Assembly: GCA_008632985.1 (NCBI GenBank)
Contig: QPGO01000299.1
Coordinates: 1 to 64,000 of the forward strand
DNA from: Psammoneis japonica
Taxonomy: Eukaryota
DNA: 64,000 nucleotides
Reading direction: 5' to 3'
Position numbers and translations under genes: made by a program
Shown here: piece after piece, positions 49,566 to 61,689 of the stretch
How the letters are laid out: each line of letters opens with the position of its first letter
Position numbering within the stretch: the stretch's first letter is position 1
The notes under the pieces: generated by a model
What the model was told of the DNA's origin: nothing
The model's database searches: none
The model's input: the letters and a program-made list of their open reading frames with translations, nothing else

Positions 49566-51212
49566 TTGGTTGCCTTTCCTGCCCTTTTGCTTTTCATTTT
49601 GTTGAAGGGTGAGTCAGAACTAAAGCGCGATGGATTGCTCACATTTGAGAAGGAAGACAGACGAAGGATCAAGTTTGGCTGTGCTGGGCGCTCGCATCAT
49701 CCAAAGGAGCCCGGCCCCACCAAATCTGCTAAACCCAAGGCCACGTGTGTTCTTGATGTTTTTGATCCTGATAAAAACTTCGAAGAAAAAGAGTCATCCA
49801 AAATCAAGGCCATGGTGGCAGACATTCTCGACTTGATTCAGCTTCACGAAAACAAGGTCAAGCTTCGGAAGCTTGGCAATCCTCCACCATTCAACTGGTT
49901 GCTTCACTGCGATGAGCATTTGAAAGCATTTTGCAACAAAATGGGTTGTCTGTGTTTCCAATGGGAGGACGTCACCATGCAGGGATTGTGCACATCCCGT
50001 GGTCAATGCTGTGATGGACATTGTGGCAGAAAAAACTGCACCTGGCATCAACACAGGAAAACAGCTGCTGGTTGTTTCTTTGTCATGGATGCCTTTGGCA
50101 ATGCATGGTCCTGCAAGGCAGTCACCAACAGCAGGAGTCCCATTGGTCAATGCCACGATGACAAGTGCAACATGAAGCCGATGCTGACTTGGATGCACCA
50201 CAACCGAGCTCAGCTTGACTTTGCACTTCAAGACATGGACCTCCAACATGACGGTCCCACCCATCCTGACTTTGCGCTGACTGCCAGCACCTTCAAAAAT
50301 CTCTCACTGGATGACAGCAGGCCATGGAATGATGTTGTCATTGGCGGAGGCGGTGACACGGGAATTCCCAAGGTGCACATGGATCGGCTGAAGTTCCCTG
50401 AGCAAGCAAGGAATGCTCATAGATCCAGGCAGCATTGGAACTTAACAGCAACACACACGGGCAGGCAAGGAGAACTGATTTGTGAAGGCAGTTGGTTGCA
50501 CGGCTGTGACAATGATGAGATGCTAGATCTTTTAGCTGCTGGATCGAGGGGGGATGAGCTCTGTTTGGTGATTGACAAGCAAGATGTTGATGCGTTGAGA
50601 GAAACGTCAACCGTTGGCTTGCCCACCTGTGGAATGGACAAAAATGGGAGGTGCAGACCACTTTCATTGGAAGACAGTCTAGGAGGTGTGTGCTCCCTGG
50701 TCATGGACAGGAAAGGCATCGCATTTGATGCTGGGAAGCTTGCGGACTTGTTCGAGTGCCAAGTCAAACAAGACTCACCCTACAGGTTGTGGCGTTGTGA
50801 TGAATTGGAGTTCTTTGAATTGACACCAAGGACTGTTAACAGTTGGACATTGGAGATCATTGAGAAGAAGAACTTCTGTGATGATTACAAACATTGTTGT
50901 GAAGATAAGAAGGAGATGAGACAGTGAAGACATTGTCTTAAAATGAAGAAAGAAAAGATCCGTCATGATCACGTTGAGCGTTTTGTCCGTTGTGTTCGTG
51001 GGGTGATGAATGCCTTTGATCACATGACTGATCACTCTTACAATGGAAGGTACAGTGATTTTGTCATTGTCCATTTGGAGGAGGATGCCATGGAAGAATT
51101 GGACCAGAGATCGATTTTGGCACCAAGCAGCAATCAGAGGTTAGAGCACATGGATGCAAAGTTCAGACCATCACAGGGATTAATGTTCATGCACAAAACT
51201 GCACAGTTGTAA
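49566..51212 (+). pseudogene. Cargo ORF of unknown function inside the TIR element (453 codons plus a downstream fragment)
   Basis: A long protein-like ORF with only 2 Tyr and excess Cys/His. No family is confidently recognised. Confidence 0.5.
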
Positions 51213-51539
51213 GTTTTAAATGAGATGATCAAGCCAAACATCAAATTTGTCATTGACAATTATGTTCAACATTTGAACTGAATGTTTCATCCCTTGATTT
51301 GGAACAAATGCAACCAGGGATGTTGTTTTCAAAGAAAAACACGTAGATTCCTAATTGTGGTTGTTTTTGAAAGCAATGCCACCAGTTGTGAACACATGAC
51401 GAAGGGAAGCAGCATCACCTTTGGAGTGTTGAGGAAGAGGTTTGAAATTTTGCAATGGCAAACTTCCTCTGAGACCTGCTGCACTGCACAATCACGGCAA
51501 ACTGCAGGCCTTTGCCACAAGACATGCATTAAGTTGAGG

Positions 51540-52760
51540 GCAATGGCAAGGAATGAGAAAAAGGTGGAGAAGGATGGGGCAACAGCAGAGGCACCACCAA
51601 ATGGCCCAAGGCCAACAGCAGCATTGCAGCAGGCGGGAGCTGCAAGTGATCACCAATCACTGAAGAGAGAGGTGGAAGAGGTGGCACGGAGAGAGCCATT
51701 CCCAAAAGCGAAATTCCTCATGAAGGCAGACATGGCAAGTGGTGGCAAGGTGTTGCAGCCAATGCAGAAAAACACAGCAGATGGCAAGTTCACCAAGCGC
51801 GAATGGGCAGGATTGTGGGAGGACTGGGTGAAGAAAAGCTTTCTCAATGCAATCAATGCAAAAAGAAACACTGTGTGTCAGACGACAATGAAAAGTGCAA
51901 TGAGTGGCAAGCAAGGTGGAGGTGGGCATTTCCAAAATGGGCATGGGTGTGGTGCTGCTGATGAGAACCTGATTTTGCTGCAGTCGTTGTGACAAAAAAA
52001 CAAACCACAGAAATCTGTGGCAGGAAGAAACCGGCAAGGACCACCAAGAAAATCAAGAAGCAGAGAAAGGACGAAGCCGGCATTGAAGAAGAATTCGCAG
52101 CAACTTGGGAGGATGAGACAGTTGACACTGTTGTGTCTGAGAAGCAAAAGAACAGGGAGAGGTGCACGCATGGTTCTACAAAAACATCCTAAAATTCATG
52201 AAGAGCACTGCGATGTGGAGAAGGATGGTGGAGTCCAGCAGCACCAAGGCTGCAGATCTGGCTGTGGCAAGCGATGAGGCACTGGCCCTTTTGATGATGG
52301 AAAACCACTGGAAGGTTTGGGAGCACAAGACCATGCTGGAGGGAAAGGATGAAGGGAGCGATGAGGATAAACCAGCACTGTTGCACACAGACCCGTGGTG
52401 ACAGCGTGACTGGTGGAAAGATGAAGGAATGCTGCACTTCAACGCCCTGCTTTGGGAGGTAAAGGAAGACAGGGCAAGTGAGCAGGGTGTGCATTTCAAC
52501 ATGTGGCACACCGATGGAAAGAAAAAGGAGAGCAAAGGCAAAGGAAAAAAGGGAAGAAACACTAAAAAACCAGCGGATTCAGAGATGAGAATGCAAGCAA
52601 CAACAGAGCTGTCTAGTGACGATGAGGAGGACAACAATGCAGCAGAAAAACAAGGTGACAAAAAAGATTATGAGGAAGACAACAATGTCCAAGAAGACAG
52701 CGACAACAGCAGAGAAAGAAAAACTCCAGCACAGGCAGGTTGGAGATGTAAATCAATGGG
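51540..52760 (+). pseudogene. Accessory ORF homologous to 11640-13011
   Basis: AINAKRNTVCQTTMKS, VASDEALALLMMENHW and WKDEGMLHFNALLWEVKEDR parallel the motifs in the first TIR element. It has an acidic/basic tail. Confidence 0.55.
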
Positions 52761-54316
52761 GACCACAGCATTAACTCAGTGTTCATTGACATTCCATGTT
52801 AAAAAGGAAATGCTGTTAATCGCTGTTGGTTGAGGAAAGTGGCCTAAATTCATTGCACACAGCACCAAAAACACAAAAACCAGCACATGACACAAGAGTG
52901 ACAAACAATGTTGATTGTCAGGTTCTATGGTGAAGGAAAGCAGACACAAAATGGGAAGAGAGGGGGGTGTTTGAAAGTTAAAGTTGATTTCTCGTAGTTA
53001 AAAAGATGTCTCCATGGATGATTTAATTAACCATCACAGATTAAAAATCATTGCCAGCTGCACAACTAACAAGATTTGAAACTATAAAATTGTTGTCTGT
53101 AAAAGGAACAAAAATCACTGTGAAAAGGGATGAGTGGATCACCACATTGCGGCCTCTGATGGGTGACCATTGTGAATGTGTGGAAGTGCACATGGATGAC
53201 CCATGGCCTTCCCCATGAAAGATCCTTGGGCCTTCCTTAAAACTCTCATGGAGAAATGCAAGTTCAAGCTCAAAGGCACTGGACCATTGGAATTTCACCT
53301 TGGCTGCAACTTCTCTCGTGACTCTGATGGCACACTGTGCCTTGCTCCTCCCAAGCACATTGAGCACATGGGGTTGAAAAATTACAAATGCCTTTGTGCA
53401 GAGAAGCCTTGCAATGGTGTGCCATCCCCTTTTAAAAAGGGAAACCACCCCAAGCTTGACACCTCCAAACTGCTGCTCCCTGATGGCATTCATCAATTTC
53501 AGTCCTTGGTTGACTCTCTGCTGTGGGCTGTGTTGCTTGGTTGCATTGTCATCACTGTGGCCATCATGTCTCTCTCTGGCTTCCACATGCCACCCCATCA
53601 AGGCCCCTGGATTGTGCCAAACGTGTCTGCAGATGCTTGTCAAAGATGCAACATGGTGCCCTGTGCATGTGCACACTGAGGAACCCAACCATTTGGACCT
53701 CCCCAAGCCTGTGTGCAACTGGGCTCAAACCATGCATGGTGATGTGGAAGAATTTTTTCCTGAAGATGCACCCAAGCCTCTTGGCAAGTTTGTCACAATG
53801 ACCCACTGTGTTGATGTGAACTTGTTCTCCATAGCATGCTCACTTGATGCTCCATCACAGGCATCATTCATTTTCTTGACAAGTTTCTCGCTGATTGGTT
53901 CTCCAAGAAACAAGCCACAGTCAAGACTGCAACTTACAAATCTGAATTAGTTGCCACCAGGATGTGTGTTGAACAGATCATTGTTCTGTGCATCACATTG
54001 CATTGCCTTGGCATCCAAATCCATGACACATGTTAAATGTTCGGGGACAACAAGTCAGTTGTGGACAGTGCTGCCACTGTCCCGCACTCCAAGTTACACA
54101 AGCGACACATGGCCCTCTTGTTCCATCATGTGCTTGTTGCAATTGCCTCCAGTTTCCTTGAGTTCCACTTTGTGGAAGGTTTCTGCAACCCTGCTGACAT
54201 CCTCAGCAAACACTGGGGTTGCTCCCAGGTTTAGAACCTCCTCCATCCTCTCATGTTTTAGAACTTCAATCTGACTTTGAATCTGTCTCTGTGGACTCCT
54301 CAAGCAAACTGGGGAG

Positions 54317-54552
54317 TGACAGGATTTGAACAAGATTTTAGTTTGTCTTGCAAAATTGTGTGTGCTCTCAGTTCCACATGTGATGCATGATGCAGTTTGC
54401 TTTTGAGCCACTCAGCTTGCAAGAACAACAACAGCAGTGCCGACAACATGACACACATCTTTCAGCTCCTGCAACAGTGACTCATCTGCTGTTTAGACAG
54501 AGCAGCAAGGAGTTGTTGTTTTCTTCCACCCATTTTTTCTTCAATTTCTGTT
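54317..54552 (+). repeat. 3' LTR of the plus-strand Copia element
   Basis: It follows the PPT GGGGAG. It reads TGACAGGATTTGAACAAG...TTCAATTTCTGT, and its 3' end abuts the MITE-like copy. Confidence 0.85.
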
Positions 54553-54554
54553 GA

Positions 54555-54897
54555 CAAATGCAACACACTCAATCAATGACAACAAACTCACCATCATGCT
54601 GACACATTTAGACAGAGCACAAATGGTGTCACATGTGGAAAAACAGCTGAAATGCTCAATTTTTTGCCTGTCAGACAAAACGTGCTGTTGATTTTTGTGG
54701 CTCTCAAAAGCTGTCAAGAAAATGCCAACTGCAGAGTTGCCATTGTGAGGTGGTTCCTGGGGCTTCTGACTGTGGCATTCCTGTGGTGAATTTGCACTGA
54801 AGCTGAGTTGTGCTTGTCAAGTTAGCATGGATGCAGCTTCACACATCACATGCCCGCCATTCTCAGCCCAGTGGCAGGGCCCGCAGCAAAAAAATGA
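54555..54897. mobile_element. Partial inverted copy of the MITE-like element at 38835-39597
   Basis: Blocks aaactcaccat, aacagctgaaatgctcaattttttgcc, agagttgccat, gaatttgca, gttagcatgg and cattctcag match the reverse complement of 38880-39330. Confidence 0.7.
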
Positions 54898-57119
54898 ACC
54901 ATGATTCAGCACAAAAAGCTGAGGGCATGAAAGAAGTCATTTTTTATCTCCTTTTTGATCCTGGTGGCTGCAGCATGTCTGAGGATGATGATGAGACAAC
55001 ACTTTCATCATTTCCAATCACTTTCAGTTTGAATGAAAAGGGCCCCATTAATTCCAAGGAACTCAAGAGCTGTTTTGTGAAAGCAGCAGTCTTGTCAGGT
55101 GTTGGACCAATGTTTTGGATGCTCCAGGGAAAAGAGTGTGTGAGCGCATCAATGGCAGTCAAGGTTGAACAAACACTGAGATGCTTGCCAACTTTGCTTG
55201 CTTGGAAAACTGGATTTCCCTGCAGGTTCACCAAACACAACTCTCCTTCTGCAAATTGTGGATCAGCCACTTGGATTGTCCAAGTCTTTTTTCTTAAGAA
55301 ATTTGAGAAGCTGGGGGAGTGCCAGCCAGGTTGGAGTGCTGAGTGACAATCCCAAACATGAGTCTGGATCACCTGAGTGGTGTGGATGTTGGGATGCTTG
55401 TCTTTGGCAGAGAGCTTCCCAACAGAACATTCTCCAAGAGAGAGGAGCACCAAAAAGTGGAAAAAGTGGGCCCTGAACCATTTACATGAGCTGCATTGAA
55501 AAACAAAAGGGAGCACAGCATGTGAGTCAGCACAAAAAAATGATGAAACAGAACTGCTGACACAGAGAGGCTGATCCAATGACAGCTTGCACCTTCAATG
55601 TTCACAGGAGGAACTCTCAATTTTTTGGCTTGTCTTGTCGTGACATTTTGGGTTCTTCCTTTAGAATGGATGGCAGCATGTTCAAGAAGATGCTTTTGGC
55701 ATCCAGCAGCATGAAATGAGCCCAATGGGGGTCACAAACACCACAGAGAAAGACAAGATGCAGTCTCCAACTCCAAATCCATGGGGGGTCTTTTCCTCCA
55801 GACTGGTGGCTCTCTTTTAAATTCTGGCAACTTTTTGATGGCTGGCAAGCAGGAAGAATGGAAAAAAGCTCTGGAGATGCACTTCAAGGCAAAAAGGGGA
55901 AAAACATGTCAGCAACAATTGGTGCCAAACTCACACAATGCAACACAGCACACCACATGCCATGCTGCCCATGCAAGGAGTGATGACTGCCCCTGCATTG
56001 GTGTGGAAAGTGTGGTGTGATGTCATGGTGATGCAATGTTCACATGAAGGGTTGGATGACAGAACCCTGGGAACTGAACTTTTGGTTGGAATAGAGAAAA
56101 TCACAATTCTTTGTTTTTTCATGCAAAATGCCTTTGCAGTGTGGTCTGCATGGCAACACAGGGGCCCTCAAGTTCCAAGCAGCTGAAAAAGCTCTGCCTG
56201 ACAATGATGGCAAAATGCAACAATGGTGTTGCTCACTTGGCTTCTTTCTGTTGCAATGTTGTGCACCAGCCCACCCAGCAAACAACAACAACAACAGAAA
56301 GTGCAAGCTTCTGCAAAGCACCAGAAGGAAGCATTTTGTGATTGATTGTTGCATGAGTTCTACAAAGAATTCTGAGCAAAATTGATTGTCAGGTCAGGAG
56401 GCTGCAATGAACAGAAAGCTTTTTATTTCATTCTTGCAGCAAACTTGCACTGGTGTGTGTTGATTTGGTCATTGCTTTGCAACCCCAAAAGAGACCAGAA
56501 TGTGCTGCATCATGGTCAACCCATCTTGGCTGTCATTGGAGCTTTGTTTCTCAGTGCTTGAATCACACAGAAATTATGTAGAAAAACAAATTTTGTCAGA
56601 GTCAACAAGAAGAAACTTTGTCTCAGTGTTGCCCTCTGTTTCAATCATTTGCATCATTGGGAAGCTTTTTTCTCCACTTTTTAGTCATGTGTTTTTTGCA
56701 AAAAGTTGGAAAAACTCATTTGCCTGGGTCATGTCATCTGACAGTTCACATCAGGACATTTTCACACATCTGCCAGGTGTCACTTCACTTGTTTTAGCAT
56801 TTGCACACAATTTTCTAGGAAAAATCCACTGTTTGAGAATTTACAGAGATTCTTTGTCATTGGTTTGGGGGACATCTTCGGAAGTGAGACTGTCGAAGAA
56901 AGTTACGTAGAATTTGCACTAAAACAGTCTGTCAATCAGTGCGATTGGGGCATTTGGGATCACTGGACAGATCCCATGTGTTTTTTTGTGTGCGCACAAA
57001 TTGCACTGGGAAAACCCCCAAATGCACTGGCGATCAGACCGCCTTCATTGATCTCACTTCCAAAGACGCCCCCCAGGTTGTCCTCATTTTTGAATGTTTT
57101 TTATGTTGTCCATTCACAA

Positions 57120-58272
57120 AAGTGTGGCAGCCCACATTCAAGACAGTGATTGAATGTTCTGAAAATCCACCTCACAACTGGCTTGTCTTTTGGGAGCTCT
57201 GTGTTCAAAAGGGGTCATTTGCTGCTTTTTTTGCTTAAAGTTGGCCGAATGGCTCATGATTTGCACCATTTTTCCTGAATTTCACTGTGCTTCACCATGG
57301 TAAAAACATCAAGCCACAAATCTGTGACATGGGCAGTCTGTTTGCCCACTCTCCTTTGTTTTGTGTTCATTGTGTGTTAAAGGTCATGTGTGCTGCACCA
57401 ACTGTTGTGGATGGAAAACTGCATTTTGCTTGGAGAACTGTCAAGATTGCGATCATCATTGTGCTTCGATCACGGCACCTGTTTGTGGATGGACAACTGC
57501 ATTTTGCTTGGAGAACTGTCAAGATTGCAATCATCATTGTGCTTTGATCACGGCACCTGATGTTCTCCTTTTCTTGCACCACTTGGTGTGAACATGAACA
57601 ATTCTTGTGTTCAACAATGCACACCACAAAGAACCTCATTTAAATGTTGTGGCATTTCTGGGATGAAGGTGGGGATGACCCCCCTCAAGTGGTCATGAAA
57701 CAGGCATGAAATCCATGCCCTCAGTTCAAATTTTAGGAATCCTTTCTTTCTTCAGTCTTTCTCTCACATGATGTCTTGAAAATGTGATGTCATTTGGTGA
57801 TCATGATCAATGGGAGTGGCAGCTTCACCAAGACAATGTGGCACCAGATTCTGATTAGATCACAGTGGGAAATGGTCATTCCATGGTAGAAAAATTGTGA
57901 AAAACATGAGCTCTCCAAGACATTGTCTTGTTGCCTGGCCAACAAGTGATCCCAATTGCTTCACGCAAAAGAAAAAGGAGTGAGACAAAAAAGTGGGTGT
58001 CATGTGGTTGATGCAGTCATGTGAATGAGAGGGTGGTGAACTTGCGTGCAAACAAACAAACTTGCATGCACCATCTGAATGGAATCTGGTGCCCAAATTG
58101 CATTTGAGCAACAGTGTTGGCCAACTTGGGAGGGTGGCACCAAAGCCATCCATTGAAAAAATGGGTTGATGTCAATCGTCACAGGCAAACGTGTGGCAGC
58201 GGACAATCAAGACAGTCACCAAATGTTCTGAAAACTCAGAACTGGCCTGTCTTTTGGAAGCTCTGTGTTCAA
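57120..58272. repeat. Two diverged copies of a ~90-bp repeat (about 57120-57210 and 58190-58272)
   Basis: gtgtggcagc...tcaagacagt...aatgttctgaaaa...aactgg..tgtcttttgg.agctctgtgttcaa is present at both sites. Confidence 0.75.
57405..57559. repeat. 78-bp near-perfect tandem duplication
   Basis: ttgtggatgga(a/c)aactgcattttgcttggagaactgtcaagattgc(g/a)atcatcattgtgctt(c/t)gatcacggcacctg twice, with 3 mismatches. Confidence 0.95.
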
Positions 58273-59399
58273 GCATTTCAAATTTGTGACAAACACCTGT
58301 GTGCAAAATGCAAAAAAAAGGCAAAACAACAATGAACGAGAGCTTGTGGGCTCATGTTGTTCAATGTGGTGTTCATTGTGGACTTGTCATCCTGCCATTG
58401 CAAGAGATGACAGCCAAGCAATTGACTGGCTGCACAAGTTGGATGCCCAAAAAACTCTGCATTGTTGCTGCAATGCAGAATTCTGCTGATGAAGGGTCTG
58501 TCCTTTTTGAGTGAAGAAAGGCCCTCTTTGCAACACTGGGGATGGCATTCAGAACCGTAAATCTCACATGCAAGGTGCTGCAGTGTTGTCAATTGACAAC
58601 AGCAAAAAACAAAAGCAGCATTGAAGAGTAAAAAGCCCATCAATTTTGGAAACAAAATCAACTTTTACAGAGACACAAAAAAGGCAGAGGACAGCAGGTT
58701 TTTTCCCACTTGCAGCACTTTTTTGTGGCAAAAGCCATGGCAGCAGGCACACCAGTGCACAAAACTAAGTTGAACAGGTCATCCAGAGTTGTGTGAGCTG
58801 GGCAACATCACAGATGTGAATGTGAACATCACCGGAATGTGCCAACTGCTGTTGGCAGCAGCAGTGTTGTCCTTTGCAACTGCAGCGCCAGCAGCTGAAT
58901 TGCTGCCAACACTGCCAAACATTCTTGTGACACTTTTCTGTGGTTCTGTGCACTTTGGACCAAACAACAAGCAAATGGAGTGGGTGTCAGGTGGATTCCC
59001 AGTGTGTGTAGCTTCTTTGGGCACAGATGCAGCTGTTCTGTGTTGCAATTGCTGCCTCAACTGTGTCTTAGCCTCCCCTGGGGCATTGGCCGTGGCTTGA
59101 TCTGGCGGGTGTGAGGCTTTCGGCTGCGGCATCACCTCTGATCATCGTGCTTGCTTCGTGGACTTTGACACATTGGCCTTGTTTGGCAACCCATCAGTGG
59201 ATCTCCCAAAGGCTTTTTTCAGAAACATTTGGGCTTTGTCCAAACCTCACATCACAGCACATCTTCAGTCTCTTGGCCCAATGCTTCAGAGTCAATCTGT
59301 GTTGGAGCAGTCCATTCAGTTGAACTAACTTGATGCCCCAGATCATGCCCTGGCAGAATGATTGGATCGTGACATTGTGCAATTTTCTCTGGCAGCTGC

Positions 59400-61689
59400 C
59401 AAGAAATGCCATGTTCATTGTGAACCTGACCTGGTTGGTTGAGCTCACTGATCTGAGATGCCGGGCACACACATTCACTGGGTTGGTTTCCATGATGTGA
59501 ACCAGGTTGGATTGTGTCTCACAAATTTGCTCTGTTCGAGAACATCTTCATGTCTCCTTTCTCATTCCAGACACCTTGCAAAGGTGCCAAGAGGCCCTGT
59601 GCTCCACTCAAGCAGAATGCAAGAAAGTGGCAGCCGAGAGTGTTGGCTGTCGTGAATGTGAGATGTCCACAAGGATCACAGAATTCGATTTTGAAGGTGC
59701 CAAATCCTCCCGTGCCCAGGCCACCATCCTGCAAAATGTCAGGAAAGCCAAAGAAATGAAAAAATTGTTCAAAAAGATCAATGCATGCAATGCTCAATGG
59801 GATGATGGCATCAACAACGTGCAGGTTCCTCAAAATCCTGCTGTTCCCTCAAAGGAATGTCATGACTGGATGACCATCGATGCACCGGAAGACATCGCCA
59901 CTGCTCTTCATCAGAGAAACCAAAAACATTTTGGTCAAGCAAAAGGCACTCTACCAACTGAACCTCCTCCATCTGTGGATCCACGTTATGATGGTGACAC
60001 CACAATGGCAGAACTTATCTTGGATGGCAAGTGCAATGCAACCACTCTGAATGATGCTGCCGCATTGTTCATTCAACATTTGTGGCAGCAGTCTACGGTG
60101 TCAGTTTCTAATTTGTTGTCAGCATCCGACCTTGAAGGGAAAATCAGATGTTGGAAAGAATCCACTTCCACATCAATTTACTCCGGCCTTGACCTTGGTC
60201 ATTGGAAGGCAATGCATGCATCTCATAAATTTTCTGAGTCAGTTGCCTCTGACAGCACCCCCACAGCTGACAAGGATGCTTTGGATGAGGTCCAACGTTC
60301 TCTCATTCAGGTCCGGTTGAATCTGTTGAATTGTGCTCTCAGGTGGGGTTGCTCCTTTGACTGCTGGAAAGATGTTGTGAACATCATGATTTTCAAAGAA
60401 CTGGGAAACAACAAGATTTGTCACCTCTGTGTTGTGCACACACATGAAGCAGACTTCCAGTTAATCTCAAGTGTTAAGTGGCGTGCCTTGGCTCAAAACA
60501 TGGAGAAACGCAGGCTTTGTGATCCTGGCATCTACAGCACTCATCCCTTCTTAAATGCCAAAGATCCCATGCAACTTGAAGAAATGATGCTTGAGATCAG
60601 CAGAGCTTCCTGTAAGACTGCCGTGCACAGTGACGATGATTGCACATCTTGTCATGACCACAACATCCCTGCGTTGGTTGCAATTGAAAGCCAGAGCAAT
60701 GGAACACCAAGGGAAGTCACCCAAGTTGCCAGATCCATGATTCACAAGGCTTGTCATTGGCTGAAAACAGTGTTGGGTTTGCCTCGTCCTTCACACTCTC
60801 ACTTTGAAGAATTTCCAACATGTGGCTCAGGACAGGGCAGTGGCAACTTTCCATTCTGCTGGAACCAAATCTGCAACAGTCTGTTTGCAACATTCAATCA
60901 ACATGCACACGGTGCATTTTTTGAGACTCCAGATCACTCCTTGTCCCTCAGAGTGTTTGCATGTGGATGCATTGACAATGTGGGTGCTGGACCTAGCCTT
61001 TAAGATGCAGGAGGACAGTCAACTTTGGTGTGACCTTTTTGAATGCCACTGGCCATGAGTTGGAGCTTCCAAAATGTTCTTTTCACGCAATGGAGTGGAT
61101 GTTCACCAACAACAGCAAACCTTACCTTCGAGCATGCAATGATGAGATCAACATTGAAATTTCATTGGCAGATTGCATGACTGTGAGGTCCAGCAAACAA
61201 TTGTCAGCATGTTCTTCTCACAAGACACTTGGACACTGTAAAGCTCCAGCAGGAACCCAAAAGACTCAATTTTCTGCCCTCAAGAAAAAGAGTGACAATG
61301 TGGCTCTGTTTTTGTTTGATCATGTCCCCTTGACCGGCATGAGGCTTGGACTCATTGCTTTGCCTGCCATCTGTCTTTGATCACGTGTGTTCTGCCAAAC
61401 ACCCACTTCATGAGAAAAGAACTGCAAGAAGTCCAAAGGAAAGCCATTCGCAGCATCTTTGCAAAGTGCGGATGCAATTGCAACATGAAACGTGACATTC
61501 TATTTGATCTGCACTCATTGGGAGGTGGCGGTTTCAGGTCTTTGGATGTGGAGGAGGGAGTGGCACAGATTTTACAGTTTCTCCGACATTGACATGGCTT
61601 GGGGCAACCACAGGCTTTGTCCCAGATTGCGGCAGCATGGACTGCAGTGAGACAATGACTGGCACATGATGGAGGTGGTGCTCGAGTCA
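59400..61689 (+). mobile_element. Non-LTR retrotransposon (Ambal-like LINE) RT region, decayed
   Basis: The ORF at 59507-61003 and following fragments show WKESTSTS..SGLDLGHWKA, VNIMIFKELG, HTHEAD, DCTSCHDH (CYDR), CGSGQGSGN (YGxGQG), GCIDN (xxDD), TGHELELPKC and SLGGGGF. Confidence 0.8.

Larger units (their letters stand above)
47223..53161 (+). mobile_element. TIR DNA transposon (Plavaka/CMC-like, no recognisable transposase), 5.9 kb, 2-bp TSD (GG), inserted in the Copia RT
   Basis: A perfect 15-bp TIR CATCAGAGGCCGCAA is at 47223-47237, with its reverse complement at 53147-53161. GG flanks both sides. Removing it restores the RT frame AAT GGT GAC CAT (N-G-D-H...VHMDD). It shares an accessory ORF with the 8147-13446 element. 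Confidence 0.9.
35582..54552 (+). mobile_element. Ty1/Copia (CoDi-like) LTR retrotransposon, decayed, interrupted by two large nested insertions
   Basis: 5' LTR at 35582-35831. Gag at about 43560-44250 (DFK*GIKHDP, AQACSQDV). Protease at about 44830. Integrase at 45550-46100 (EPIATDT..SDTPAID). RT at 46620-47222 and 53164-53700 (KHDGRHKA, IVAGPEFGELEG, HMDD). RNase H at 53750-54230 (FGDNKSVV, NPADILSKHWG). A PPT GGGGAG at 54311-54316 precedes the 3' LTR at 54317-~54552. No TSD was found, so the element may be composite. Confidence 0.8.

Noticed and set aside
43560..61600. Alternative genetic code or RNA editing restoring Tyr
   Set aside because: Neighbouring host genes use TAY for Tyr normally. 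The changes also affect non-coding LTRs, TIRs and tandem repeats, and the ORFs carry stops and frameshifts.
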